A stretch of DNA of 64,000 bases, from the NCBI GenBank assembly GCA_963924565.1, contig OZ004615.1:20460001-20524000 (forward strand), in the 5' to 3' direction. The stretch's first letter is position 1. Each line of letters begins with the position of its first letter. Under the pieces are notes generated by a model that was given only the letters and a program-made list of their open reading frames with translations, was not told where the DNA came from and searched no databases. Below are positions 39,290 to 51,400 of the stretch, piece after piece. Source of the stretch: Ascidiella aspersa (Eukaryota). Made by a program: the position numbers and the translations under genes.

Positions 39290-39410
39290 GTGAATAGAGG
39301 ACAAGGTAATTACGGCAACAGATAGTGAGCTTTTCGATTATCTTTACAAAGACAACAAAAATCTCAACACGATTCGAGCATTCTCCAAAGCAAAACCGGG
39401 GTTCGATACA
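39290..39410 (-). pseudogene. Degenerate relic of CYP exon 9 (heme-binding region)
   Basis: attatctttacaaagacaacaaaaatctcaacacgattcgagcattctccaaagcaaaaccggggttcgata aligns by eye to exon-9 sequence attatctttacaaagaagacgaagatttcaacgcgtgccaagctctctccgaggcaaaaccggggtccgat. Confidence 0.65.
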
Positions 39411-40234
39411 GACACATTTTTTATGAACTCAGCATGAGGCCATTCCCCATTTGGTTCGTCTACTTTATATACCTAAATGTAAAACAAAGTTCCAGCTTCA
39501 CACGAATTTAAATTACACATCTAGTATTTTTGCGTTTTAAGCAAACCTTTTCAGATTAATTTTGCATTAGTAAAAGAAGTTTCGCCACTTTAGTATGTCT
39601 AAAGGCGTTCAGTTGTGCTGCGCTCAGTTCTTGCGTCTTTCAAATGATAACTGTTCTGTTAAAATTACACCATAAACTAAATCGACAAATAATTTTTTCA
39701 CGTTTCGTATTTTTATCAGTATTTTCATTACACCTTTCTAATGTGATCGTGGATGAAGCTGTGCTGAGTCGATTTTAAACCAAACAAAGGCAAATGTTTT
39801 TTCTTTAAATGTAGGTTAAATTAGAGCCATTTCAAATGCAAAAAATCCTAGGTGCGCCCCTCCTTGTGCTTACACTAGCAACAGATAATGAAATAGCTTG
39901 TAGGGATTAGCTAACTATAGAGGTTGTTACAGACGAAACAAATTAGTTTTTAAGACCCAAGAGATGATGTTTGCAAGTTTAGTGGTACAGAAGAAGTCAA
40001 TTAACGAAGGTTTTCAAACGTAGGAATGTTGGACGAAGATTGGGTTAATTAAACATAAATGTGATCACATTGCTGGAGTAGAAATGTTTGATGCGCACCT
40101 ACGTACCTGTGCGGATAGATTTTATGTATTACAGCATAGTATACGTTGTACAACCAAGTGGTTAGGTTTGGCCTACAATTTGTTTCAACATACATTAAAT
40201 TTGGTTTTAGTTAGTAAAGTTTAAATTTGACCTT

Positions 40235-43200
40235 TTAATTGCGAACTTGTAATTTTACTTTGCAATCTTTCGGCACGACCAAAGTTGACACAATTGCGTC
40301 CAGTGATGGCAATTCCACGTTTGCCGAACGAATAGTGAAATTTTGAATTAACTTCACAAAGAAGACGAAGATCTCAACGCGAGCCAAGCTCTCTCCTAAG
40401 CAAAACCGTGGCCCGATAGAAAACGTGATAATCTTGTTTGAGGCAACGAACTTTCCCTTTTCGTCTATGTGCCTGTGTGGGTCGAACCTTTCCGGATCAG
40501 GCCAGGTATCCGGGTCCATATTTGCCCCATCCAAATTTGCCAATACCTACAGCAAATATACAGATATATCGAAATATTAATTAATACGTTAAACGACTTA
40601 TGCTGACGATTTGTTTTATATAGATCCTATCTTAGTTTGTCTTTGGAACTTAAATCATTTTAAAACCACATCTTCCCAGAAAACAACAAAAGTACTCACA
40701 GTTGTGCCTTTTGGTAGAACGAAGCCTTCCAGTTCAACTTGGGCTGATGTGCAGTGTTCGGCGCCCAACGGCGCTATTGTCCTCACTCTTATTACTTCTT
40801 GTATGAAGGCGCATGTAACGGGCATTTCGAGTCTTTTTGACATCGTGGGAACGCCTGATGTTCCTTTATGATAAATAAGACTATTTGCCGTGTTTTTATA
40901 GCAGCGTTAATCACATTCTAAAGGATGTCGAAATATCTGGACAAAAAATGAATATCTCACAATAACTACAATAATGCAATAAAACGTTAAACACGTTTGA
41001 TATACCCCTTCAAGGCCGATATGGTCTTGAGTTCCAAGCTGATTGCAGATTAAGTTTTCTATCCGGGCCTTACTTGCACGAATATTAGTCAGTTGACTCA
41101 GGCCCTTTAAGGCCACTGGTGTATGTTATGATAAGATTGATTGTTTTAGATTTTACATATAAATGTCATTAACCTATTAAAGTTGAACTTACCCAAAACT
41201 TCATTAATTTCGTCATTAATTTGCTTTTGGTAGTTTGGGAAGTGGAGATAATGAATAAATAACCACGTCAGCATTGTACTGGAGGTTTCTGAGCCGGCCA
41301 GGAAAATATCTCGACAGGCGGCTATCATCTGTGCATCCTAAATAGTTGTAACAACATACAGGTCGGTTCACTTGAAACACTTCGCAACAACAACACTTCT
41401 AGTACGTATAAAATAATAAAATATGTGTACTTTTTTTCAATCTACTTTTTATTGATTTTGTCCTGCCACTTTGTTGCTCGGTTCGTTGAAGAACAAGCAA
41501 CCTGTTCAGGTTATAAATCTTATGCACTTTGAGAATATAGGTTTAACGAGGCTTGCACACCCGAGTTTGATTTCCAGTAATTCAGAAAAAACTACTGCGC
41601 TTGAATATTCTGAATGTTTCGTTCGAGATCCGAAGCCCACGGTTGTTATACTTACGCCTGACTGTTTAGGCGTAATTCTGTTTCTTTGCTCATTAAGACA
41701 CAAATCGATATAGTCATCCACATTGTCAGGATCGAAACTCTTTTTATGCTCTTCGATGCGATCTTTTATAAAATCTGTGAATTGAGGAAAACTTCTCGTC
41801 ATCAAAATTTCGACCACTTTCCGTTATTTTAATCCTACATTTCCCTACACAGTCTACTAACCCAGTGGTTCCCAACACGTTTTTAAGGCGACCCATTTTG
41901 AAAAAAAATTTAATTAGGTATAATCTTGCGACCCAAGAAAATACAAGATTGCAAACAAACTACAAAAGCAGTTACTTTTTCCGAAAATAATATGTTTATC
42001 AAATCAATAATGAGATAGTTGTTCTCGCTTGCTCTCAGTGAGTTTTTAAAATCGAGGCGTTATTTTGCTTGAGCATATAGAATCAGGCATGTCAGCTTTA
42101 ACTTCAAGCCGGTTTCGCTGTTTAGTTTTCATATTTTGTGATTATGATTTCCAGTTTTGTGAAAAGATACAATATACCTGAAAAAGAAAAGACCCCCAAA
42201 ATAATCAGGCAACCCAACTTTGGGTCGCGACCCATGCGTTGCGAACCACTGTACTAGCCGACCGAATAAATAAATGTTTAGTTCTAATAGAAAATATGAA
42301 CAATCGCAAAATCTCATCAATTTCTTACTTATGGCAACTTTTGCTAAAAATGATTATGATTGTTATAATTTTCAAACGCCAGTTTTAGTAAGACGATACC
42401 TAGTATTTCCAGCATTCTTTTTTCAACTACTTTGATAGCTTCTGAAAATGGTGGAAAAACTGCCAGAAAACCAAGTCCAAATACCATCGATAATTTCTTA
42501 GCGTGTTTGGGGTCTGCAAATCTGTAAAAAAAAACGGATGGCTGTTGATCAAGCATTTTTGTTTGTTTTGCAAAAGAGAAAAAACACACCAATTATACAA
42601 CTTAAATTATAAATCAAATTTCCCAATTCCTGTATAGCATTAGCGCTTCTGATGGTAAAACCAAATAGTTTATTAGTTCTTCGTGTTGACGTTTTGCAAT
42701 CATGCCGTGATGTATTCCTTGTAACAATAAATTACCAGTAAACAGTACCGCTAGTTTTAAATCCTGATTGCCACAACCTAAAACGGTTAATATACACTGG
42801 TTTGTACTATACAACGACATCACGGTTTGCCTGTACAGTTTATATATACTTACAACATTTCGAGCGTGTGAAGAATTTCTTTAAAATCTTTATCAGTGTA
42901 ATCGTAGTGTTTCCCAAATGCAGTTTGCATGATGACGTTTGACGTAAGTAAGTAGAAATATTCCTTTTTAATAATAAATTAGGTATAATTATACGAGCAT
43001 ACAAAAAGTAAATAATTATTAAATTGAGTATAACCACGTAGCGACACGGAATTAAACGGGTTAACATTCACGCGCGCATTTGGCTGTCGTACGATTAAAC
43101 TGTTGCCATGTTCTTGTATTTATTTTACGGTAAAAATTCGTTCCCAACACCCTCATGATGCATGCCATTACAAGGCATTACATTTATGAACGACGAAACA

Positions 43201-44823
43201 GATATAAAAGAGTTTTTATTTTAATGCGAAACTGCTATATCTATAGAACACCCGGTCGGCATTTGCTCTATTCATTAGTACGGTTACCTTTGATACGTTT
43301 TTTGCCTACCTTTTAATTAATTGCATCGTCCGGTTTGTATTTTTGTGATTAGTACGGTTACCCTTTGACTTTCCTACCTTTAAATTAATTGTATCCTCCG
43401 GGTTGAATTTGTGTCTCAAAAAATCGACCAACCGATCCCCTTCCTCGTTTATCAATGTTTCAAACTTTTTCTTGCCCAAGCCTTTCCTGTAAAGTTTGTA
43501 ATAAAAAAGAAAAATGAACTTGGGAAGAAAATCAAAATATCAACACCAAAAAATGTAGAATACTTATTTTACTTTTAATATAGTTGTTGCGACTGGTAAA
43601 AAAATAAAGGAGGCTTTAAAGGCAAGCTATTTCAGAATTGACCGGGTTAAAACTTACTCTCGAAAATACTTTAACGCGAAGTGCTTCTCAGATTTGAAGT
43701 CATCGTCGTACTTTTTCATAATTAAGCCGTCATGTCCCGTTAATCTGAACATTACATTCCAAGGACGATCGGAAAAGGCGTGTCCCTTCTTTACGAAGGC
43801 CTACACAACATAACAGTAGGTCATAAACAGAACGCTAGGTCACGCAACATAACAGTATAGGTCACAAATCTAGTAAAAACAACACGTCGGAAAAGCGTAT
43901 AGCACAAGGTGCCTCTATAGCGGCTTATCGAAATCAGTTGGTGTAATCAGAATTTTCGTGCAAGCTAGAAAAACACTTAGCCATCAGTGGGATTGGAATA
44001 CAAGTTTTTTTGACTAAAGCGGGACCGTCTCTCTACCAACTGATCGACAAGGGCTCGGTTTAGGACTGTAGGTGTCATGAACGACCATAACACCGTTGTC
44101 GTTGCCAAATGCGTACTTTATATTGTGTGCCGCTTATAGTTGGTCAGGACAACTCCCTGAGTGCTTGATCACAGAAAATATACGCATTAAGTATACCAGT
44201 AATTTCAGAACAAAAGAAGATGTAATAAACTACAACCATGTAAGGTTAACAATTGTTATTTTACAGAACGCGCTAACATTCAAAATAAAATAGTAAACAC
44301 TTGTTCAATTTAAAATTTAACACAGTAATTGGCTGGTTGCATTTGGCGAGAAATGCGATCTATTAACGAAATGCTAAACATGGAAAGATAAATCGATCAC
44401 CAAGCTAAGGAAGTTTTCTTATCGTTCGAATTATAAATCGTTAATCTGCAAAATTAAAAATGGCAACATTACTGTTATCCTAAAACTGCAGGGATTCACA
44501 TAATAAATTAAAAATTAGAAAAGGGTTACCTTGTTGATTACGTCATATGTGTTGAGAATTACTACTTCGTTCATTCCCATGCGCACTGACATGATAGGTC
44601 CGTATCTTTCCAAACTCCATTTCTTTAAAACCTTGACTGGTGATTTGGCAAGGTAAGGCAGCACTCCCACGATAGGAAAACCGATAGGACCTGGTGGGAA
44701 TTTGGCGTGGGGTCGTGACCTCCAGTAAAAATACAACAGAAACAAAACAAAACTGATCCATGTCCACCAGTTTAGATTTTGCAGAATGCCGACGACATTT
44801 TTAAAAATCTCCCCTAGACTCAT
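40235..44823 (-). CDS. Cytochrome P450, clan 2 (CYP2-like), gene G5; 9 exons, ~505 aa
   Basis: Exons 44823-44530, 43800-43658 (143 bp, 1-codon deletion), 43486-43378, 42963-42854, 42521-42400, 41774-41656, 41337-41193, 40863-40700, 40546-40235. Motifs AGSETS, EVIR, PERFDP, FSIGPRFCLG. Confidence 0.92.
41863..42251. mobile_element. hAT-type MITE, G5 intron 5
   Basis: TIR cagtggttcccaac/gttgcgaaccactg; TSD tactaacc/tactagcc; gcgaccca motifs. Confidence 0.85.
43274..43410 (-). repeat. Tandem ~70-bp duplication of the exon 3 end, donor and intron start in G5
   Basis: attagtacggttacc...cctacctttt/taaattaattg(c/t)atc occurs twice; the second donor is 68 nt downstream, at 43310. Confidence 0.8.
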
Positions 44824-46774
44824 TTTTACATTATCCAGGGGAAGTTTTATCTTGAACCGAGTTTGGGTGGATCCAGTTCCTTTGCAAGAACAAGACAAAC
44901 ATCTACAGATTTCAACTATTAACATATTACAACATTAAAATTGTAATATTTATACAATGAGGCATTTAATTCATCATAATCAATATATGTGACATATGGT
45001 TTTCAACAAAGATTTCACTGATCTTCATTTTTTTCGCGGTGCTTGGACACTACTTCCAAAGCAGGTTATTTTAAGCATAACACTAAGCTGTACCTTGATT
45101 GAATTAAACGGCTTTAAAAATAGTTAAAACAACTTTTTTTACCTAGCCATAATCCCATTTTTAATTAGATATCTGATGCGGCCTGAAATGCGAAATGGCT
45201 TAATAACATTTCACTATACCCCTACCCAAAAAGCAGCAACATTACATTTAAACAACGCACAGAGCCAGAGAATGTTGTCCGCTTTTTGTGCTCTTTGCTC
45301 TGATTAACCTCTCAACCGTGACGCTTTGTGATGAACGCTGACTAGGCGCACATCACGAATTACGACTGCAACCTCACTATAACGAATCCCATTTTTCGCA
45401 TTGTCAAATTGCAAGGTATGATCAACTCTCTACCTGTCTTCGTTTTCTCTAAGCACTATCATGTACAGAACCTCAATGAGGAGCATATTCGCTGCTTGCT
45501 ATATATCTGCAACCCCGTTTTGCTCAAAAAAACGTTTGCGCTAAACGTCGTAAAGGTTCATTCATGCCTTGAGGGCATCCGCTCAACTGGAACCTTGCCA
45601 GCTACAACGCAAATTTTTTTCTGCATGACAAGCAAGTTCTGTTCGCTTGCAACCTCTTTAGAGTTATCAATAAATCGCAAATAAATATGATTAAAAACAT
45701 TTCCCAAAAAAAAATTCTGCTTCGACTACGGCAGGTTTTATTGTGTAAGAAACAAAATATAAACTTTCGAGCCTATTTTCAGGCATCTTTAAAGAGTTCC
45801 ACGGCGGACACTATTACAAGATATCGAATATTTTTTCATTGTTAAAATGATTGACAAGGATGTGCTCCGGTCAACAAATTTTTTCATGTGTTTAAAATAT
45901 GTTGCTCAGACCTCTGGAAACTTTCTAATTGACCCCAGTTTAAGAAACAATGTGCTGTAGTTTGTCTGGCATTTTGTCGTTGACTGTCGATAAAACTTCG
46001 CATTCTCTATTTTTGTACAAACTCATATTAGATGCCTCCATGAGAAACAAACTGAAGAAAAAAACAAAACAAAAAACAATCAGGCCCGGGCTGAAACTTG
46101 TCAAGCCGACAAAGTCATTTTCGCTACTCCGCCTTAATGTTGTAAGTTTTTAGTACAACTTTTGTTGATCAACGGTATATCCTAAAACTAACGACTTATA
46201 ATGCAAACAATGGCGATTGGCTTGCTTGTCAAAGACTTTTTGCTTCTCGACTTGCATCAAAATAAAATGGGGGTCCAGTGACCGAATGTAGTATTTCCCA
46301 CAACTTGTAAGAAGACTGGTTAAATGCAAAGAGCTTACTCATTTTTTTTAGTTCTATCATTTTTTGACCGAAATAATTTATAGATCGTGCGAACGTACAT
46401 AAATGTACTTCTGTTCAAAAGGGGCGGAATACTATCGATATCAAATATAAAACGGGCCTAAAACGAGTTTATGCTTTCACGAGAATAATCTACCGCTCAC
46501 TAAATAACATCTACCACTTCTAAAACACTCAAAATGTAGCGACATTAAATGCATGTAACTTCAAAGATTGACCTGAATAGGTCACGCCTTAGTTAGTTTT
46601 GCATCACGACTAATACTCCTTATCAGAAAAAATACGCGAGGTTGTAACACCCATCATGATTTCGTGATATTTTTGCGTGTTTATCTTTTCTGGAATAATG
46701 TGTGGTTTAGAATGATATACATGGTTCTTTTTAGGTTTGAGAAAATGACTCCCTAAACCCTTTCAACTTTTCGA

Positions 46775-46945
46775 AAAATTAGGCAGCACTTAAACAATAG
46801 GAAGGCTGATTGGACCTAGCGGGAATTTAGCGTGCGTTCGTTATATCCAGTAAAACTACAACAGAACACACAACCAGACTGAACCAGGTCCAGGAGTTTA
46901 AACTTTGCAGAAAGCTGAAAAAAATTTCAATAATTTTCTGCAGTT
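46775..46945 (-). pseudogene. Degenerate orphan copy of CYP exon 1 (G1-G5 subfamily)
   Basis: ggcagcacttaaacaataggaaggctgattggacctagcgggaatttagcgtgc...ccaggtccaggagtttaaactttgca matches exon 1 of G3/G2. It carries a frameshift and has no intact donor end. Confidence 0.8.
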
Positions 46946-47380
46946 TTTAATTCAACCTTAGTAACCAAATCAATCTTATAACCATTTCAAAGCATGTTGT
47001 TTCCTTGTCAACTAGTTCAATTGCCGGTTTAGTATAGCCTACATTACATCGTTCTGTTATATCACCCCAATACATGCTATTCGAGTACAACAATAACAGT
47101 CATTTCGTTCACCGTGATGAGGCACTACACTATCTAAATTGAACTGAAACATAAAAGAAAGGCGATGATTTCACGAGCGAAATCTGCTACTCAACAAAGA
47201 AAAGCAATTTGTTTCTAACGCTTAAATGTCGCACATAGCACATTGACCCGCCCTGCGCCCGTTTTAGTTTAAGTACATCCTGTGAACAAATTATCTTGCA
47301 AACGTGATGTCAACTATTTTTTTAACCTATGTTTTCGTGCTTCTTTTTTCATTTTGTAAACAAAATGCTATCAATTAAAC

Positions 47381-47662
47381 CCGTGATTCCCAACCTTTTT
47401 AAGTTTGCGACCCACCTTTAATGTATGTTTTATTAGGCGATCCTCAATGAGATAAGACCAAACAAACAAAGTTACATAAAACCTGCATCTTTACTACTGG
47501 CGTACGTACTGAAATAGTTAATGCCACAAAACACATCTAGTTGTCACGTATTTGTGATGTTGCTGCATAAATGTTTCGTAATGATAATGCAAAAAATTCC
47601 CAATCTAATAAAAAACTATAACATTTAGAAATGGGTCGCGACCCACTGGTTGGCTAGCACTG
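47381..47662. mobile_element. hAT-type MITE (gcgaccca family)
   Basis: Ends ccgtgattcccaacc/ggttggctagcactg; TSD aattaaac/atttaaac. Confidence 0.75.
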
Positions 47663-48400
47663 ATTTAAACAACATGCCATCACTTCTAAACTAAATATGC
47701 TAAACTTCATCTACTGGATGACTGACTATCTTGTATTCACTCGATTACGTTCAAGACCACTTACAGTTAGTTTCATTTTTATTTTTAGTGTCTATATATA
47801 GCATACTAAACAATAAAGGTCATGCTTTTTCATACCAACGATTTGTATGTGCAACCGAATGGCGACAAAAAATGAATAAAAGTTTGGCAAGAAATAAATT
47901 TTAGGCTAAATAAATTAATCCAGAAAAACCTCGTGTGGGTAATATTTCGCATTACTACCATACGTAGCAAATTACCCAGCTGTAAATCTAAAAAAAGGTT
48001 TCGTGCATGCACTATTTTTTCTATGCAAGTAGGGTAGAACATTTTTCTTGGTTATAATTTGATCAAAACTAACAAACAAACAAACGTTAAATAGAACTTT
48101 AAATGGACCTTTAAATTCGAGTTTAAAATGCTTAAAGTTGATCAACGAGCAACAACTAGCCCAATCTTCCCCAAGTTTCCGTTACAACTTGTATGATTTT
48201 GTTAGCGATTTTTGTACACCTTGTTCAGAAGAGTTCACTAACTAACCAAGCCGTAAGAAAACCCTAAGTTGTAAACACTTATTAAGAAACTGTACCAGAA
48301 AGCCACAACATTATTAGCCGCAGATTTGGACTCGCATGATAAAACATATTTCCGACCGGCGTTGGTCAAATTAAAACCTTGGTCACAGATAACTTCGTGG

Positions 48401-51400
48401 CTAATTGCGAAGCTCGAGCCTAACCAAGCATTCTTGTGGGGATACAACGGTTGATACCTTCTCGTTACCAAGCGGAGGCAATTGCGGGGTGCCGCATCGA
48501 ACGTGAAACTTCTGAACGATTTTCACGAATACGATAAAGAACTCAATCCGGGCAATGCTTTCGCCGACGCAGTAGCGCGAACCGATCGAAAAAGGAATGA
48601 TCTTGTTCGAGTTGACGAACTTGCCTTCATCGTCGATGTGGCGCCGAGGGTCGAACCTGTGCGGCTCCGGCCAAGTCTCAGGGTCCATGTGCGCTCCGTA
48701 GATGTTTGGCATCACCTTCAAAACATAATTCCAATCAGCATCAAATGTATGATCTACTGACGCTTCAGTAGTCCGTAAAGTTTGAAAAACATCAAGTTGG
48801 GAATTAAATCAAATTCGAAACAAGACCAAGGTTGCGTTATGAATATTCATGTGCAGTTGGTTTGTATTTGAAGTCCTAATACGACTCTAATATATATTAC
48901 TATACTCTCTCTGTATATAGATCTTATTGTGTTCGCCAAATAAGAAAGTATATGCGACAAATATAGATCTGTCGACAAATACATCCTTAAGTATGGTTTT
49001 TAAACATTGGCATAGGTAACAGCTAGATGTTAAATGGTGCGTTTCACCCCCATTAAGCTCTCATTGGAAGAATCACTCTAGAAATCGTTTCAACATTTAA
49101 CAAAGCATGCTATGTACTTCAGGCTTGTATCTTTTACCCAACAAAGTTGGAGTCAACGAGTGATTTAGTGTATCTGAAAACTCGCCACTAAAAAATTAAT
49201 AAAAAAACTTCAGAGAAAAATATATAGAGAGATATTTCTCACAGGGGTTCCTTTGGGAATCACAAAGCCATTAATTTCGACCTCTGCGCCCGTCATGTGC
49301 TGAACGGCAAGCGGAACCACGGTCTGGTGTCTTTGCACTTCTAGAATGAAGGCGCGGGTAAAAGGCATCTCCGACCGCTTTGCCATGATCGGTATACCTG
49401 AAGATCCTGCGTAACAGCGATGCTGGTTTTTAAAATGAATGTAAAACAGCTAAAACACATATTTGATATATGCAACAACAGTTATCATTTACTAAAGTGA
49501 TACGCCAGCATTAAAACGGACCAAGGTCGCTTTCCTTTTTCATACATTTTTATATGCATTTAATTTTACTAGAAACTCCAAAGACTGTGGGATATTTTCA
49601 CAGAAACCCTTTGCGACGATTTTCGGACCCTAATAAGTTAACAAGGTTGCTTTAACTTTTTCAGCCACAAACGTGTGCATTTTCTGTGCGGAAACATAGG
49701 TATTTATCATTCTATCTATATCTCGCGCATTATGGCGCTGTTTTACAACCGTTGGTAAATATCATCTCGGGCGGCGGCACGCTCCGACATTCGATGCCTT
49801 GGTTCGTTTGTTGCTTAAAAGTACCCCTTTGTACTCGATTTACATCAATATTGAAATTACAACACGCGACAATTTTGCGTTAATTACGTGGAACGAAACC
49901 AGGTTTCTCGTTCTAAGCCAGTGATTCTAAACTTTTTGAAAAAGCGCCCTCCTTTTACAATTTAACAAAACTCTCGCCCCACCTTTTCGAGGTAACTTGC
50001 ATCAATGCGAAGGATGTTACTGTTTTTTGGTATACCAAATGTTTAATTCGAGTATTAGAAGCAGGGAAATATCATTTCGCCTTAATGTTTAGTCTTAATC
50101 ACACAGAGTTTGTCAATTTCTCGCGCCCCCCTTGTAAACCTCACACGCCCCCCAGTTTAAGAACCACTGTTCTTAGCCATCTATACAAGCCATTTACAAG
50201 CTGAGCGCTCCAGGCCTTACAGTACATTTATAAAACCATATAAGAATGCAACCCACATCCCCTAAAACCGTCGTGTTTTCCTGCTGTTCGGCAAATCGTA
50301 ATGTCGACGTGAAACTCACAGCAGCTTACCAAGCACGGTCAACACTTCCCGTTCAATCAGTCTCGCGTACTCGGGGTAGTTGAGCATGTAGACGATAAAC
50401 CAGGCCAGCGACGTCGCTACAGTGTCAGTTCCCGCCACGAACAGGTCCCGGCATACGGTCACCAACTGGATGTCCTGTGGAAAATTAAGTGTTTTGCATA
50501 TTAATCACCCATGCTGGCAATTTTGTGCGTCCATTAAATGCTGAATATATGGTCACAATACTATATAATAACCAAGCTAGCGATCTCGGTTTCATGTTTG
50601 TATCAAGTTAATAAACGTTTGTGTTGTTAATATCAGATAGGCATTTGTTAAACGCAGATATCAAATATATAGTACAAACGTTTGGCTGTCTACAGATCGT
50701 AAGCTTAATTAACTTCTGGTTTTACTTTCTGGTCATCCAATCGCAAGTATGGTGTGTGTTATTTTCTAAGGCGTGCACATAAAAAAACTTGAATATTTAC
50801 ACTTAATCGAATTCCAAACAAGTTGCGTCTATATGAACAACGGTTCGATATTGGTTGTTTTCGGAAATCATTTGTTTGGAGCATGCTTTGGTGATTTATC
50901 AAATGGACTCCGAAATGCAGAGGTTACGTGGGGCTTCTTTATGTGCAGTTATGGGAAGTCGAAAATCAGTAAATAAACATGTTAGGGTGTGTAACAAAAA
51001 GTGTAAAAATCACGTACTGTAAATCCCTGTTCCTTGGTTCTATTGCCGTGCTTTTGCTCGTAGAGAAACGCGTCGATAAAATCTCCGATGTATTTTGGGT
51101 CGAATCGCTTTTCGTGATCCGCTATCTCTTCTCTAATAACGTCTGCAAAAAAACGCATCAAAAACAGTTCCAATTACGAAAGCGTTATAATTGTAAAATT
51201 GTTCTTCCGACTAAAGGTAATTAAAGTACCAACGTTTCGACCAACACCTATATTTGCCCGAATAGGTGGGCAAAACGTTGGCATTTTGCTAAAATTTTGC
51301 CGGAAGAACAATTTTACAATTGAAACAATTCCAGGCAGCAACAGTAGATTCATTGCTATAATGTTATAATTTCATTTCAAAGTTCTTTAAAACTCCTCAT

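Larger units (their letters stand above)
35910..39865. repeat. Tandem segmental duplication of the G4 5' end and upstream region
   Basis: Copy 1 ~35910-37636 and copy 2 ~37638-39360 (both start ataggaaagccgattggaccgggtggg and end caaagacaacaaaaa). A partial copy 3 at ~39412-39865 matches ~36378-36830. Confidence 0.9.
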
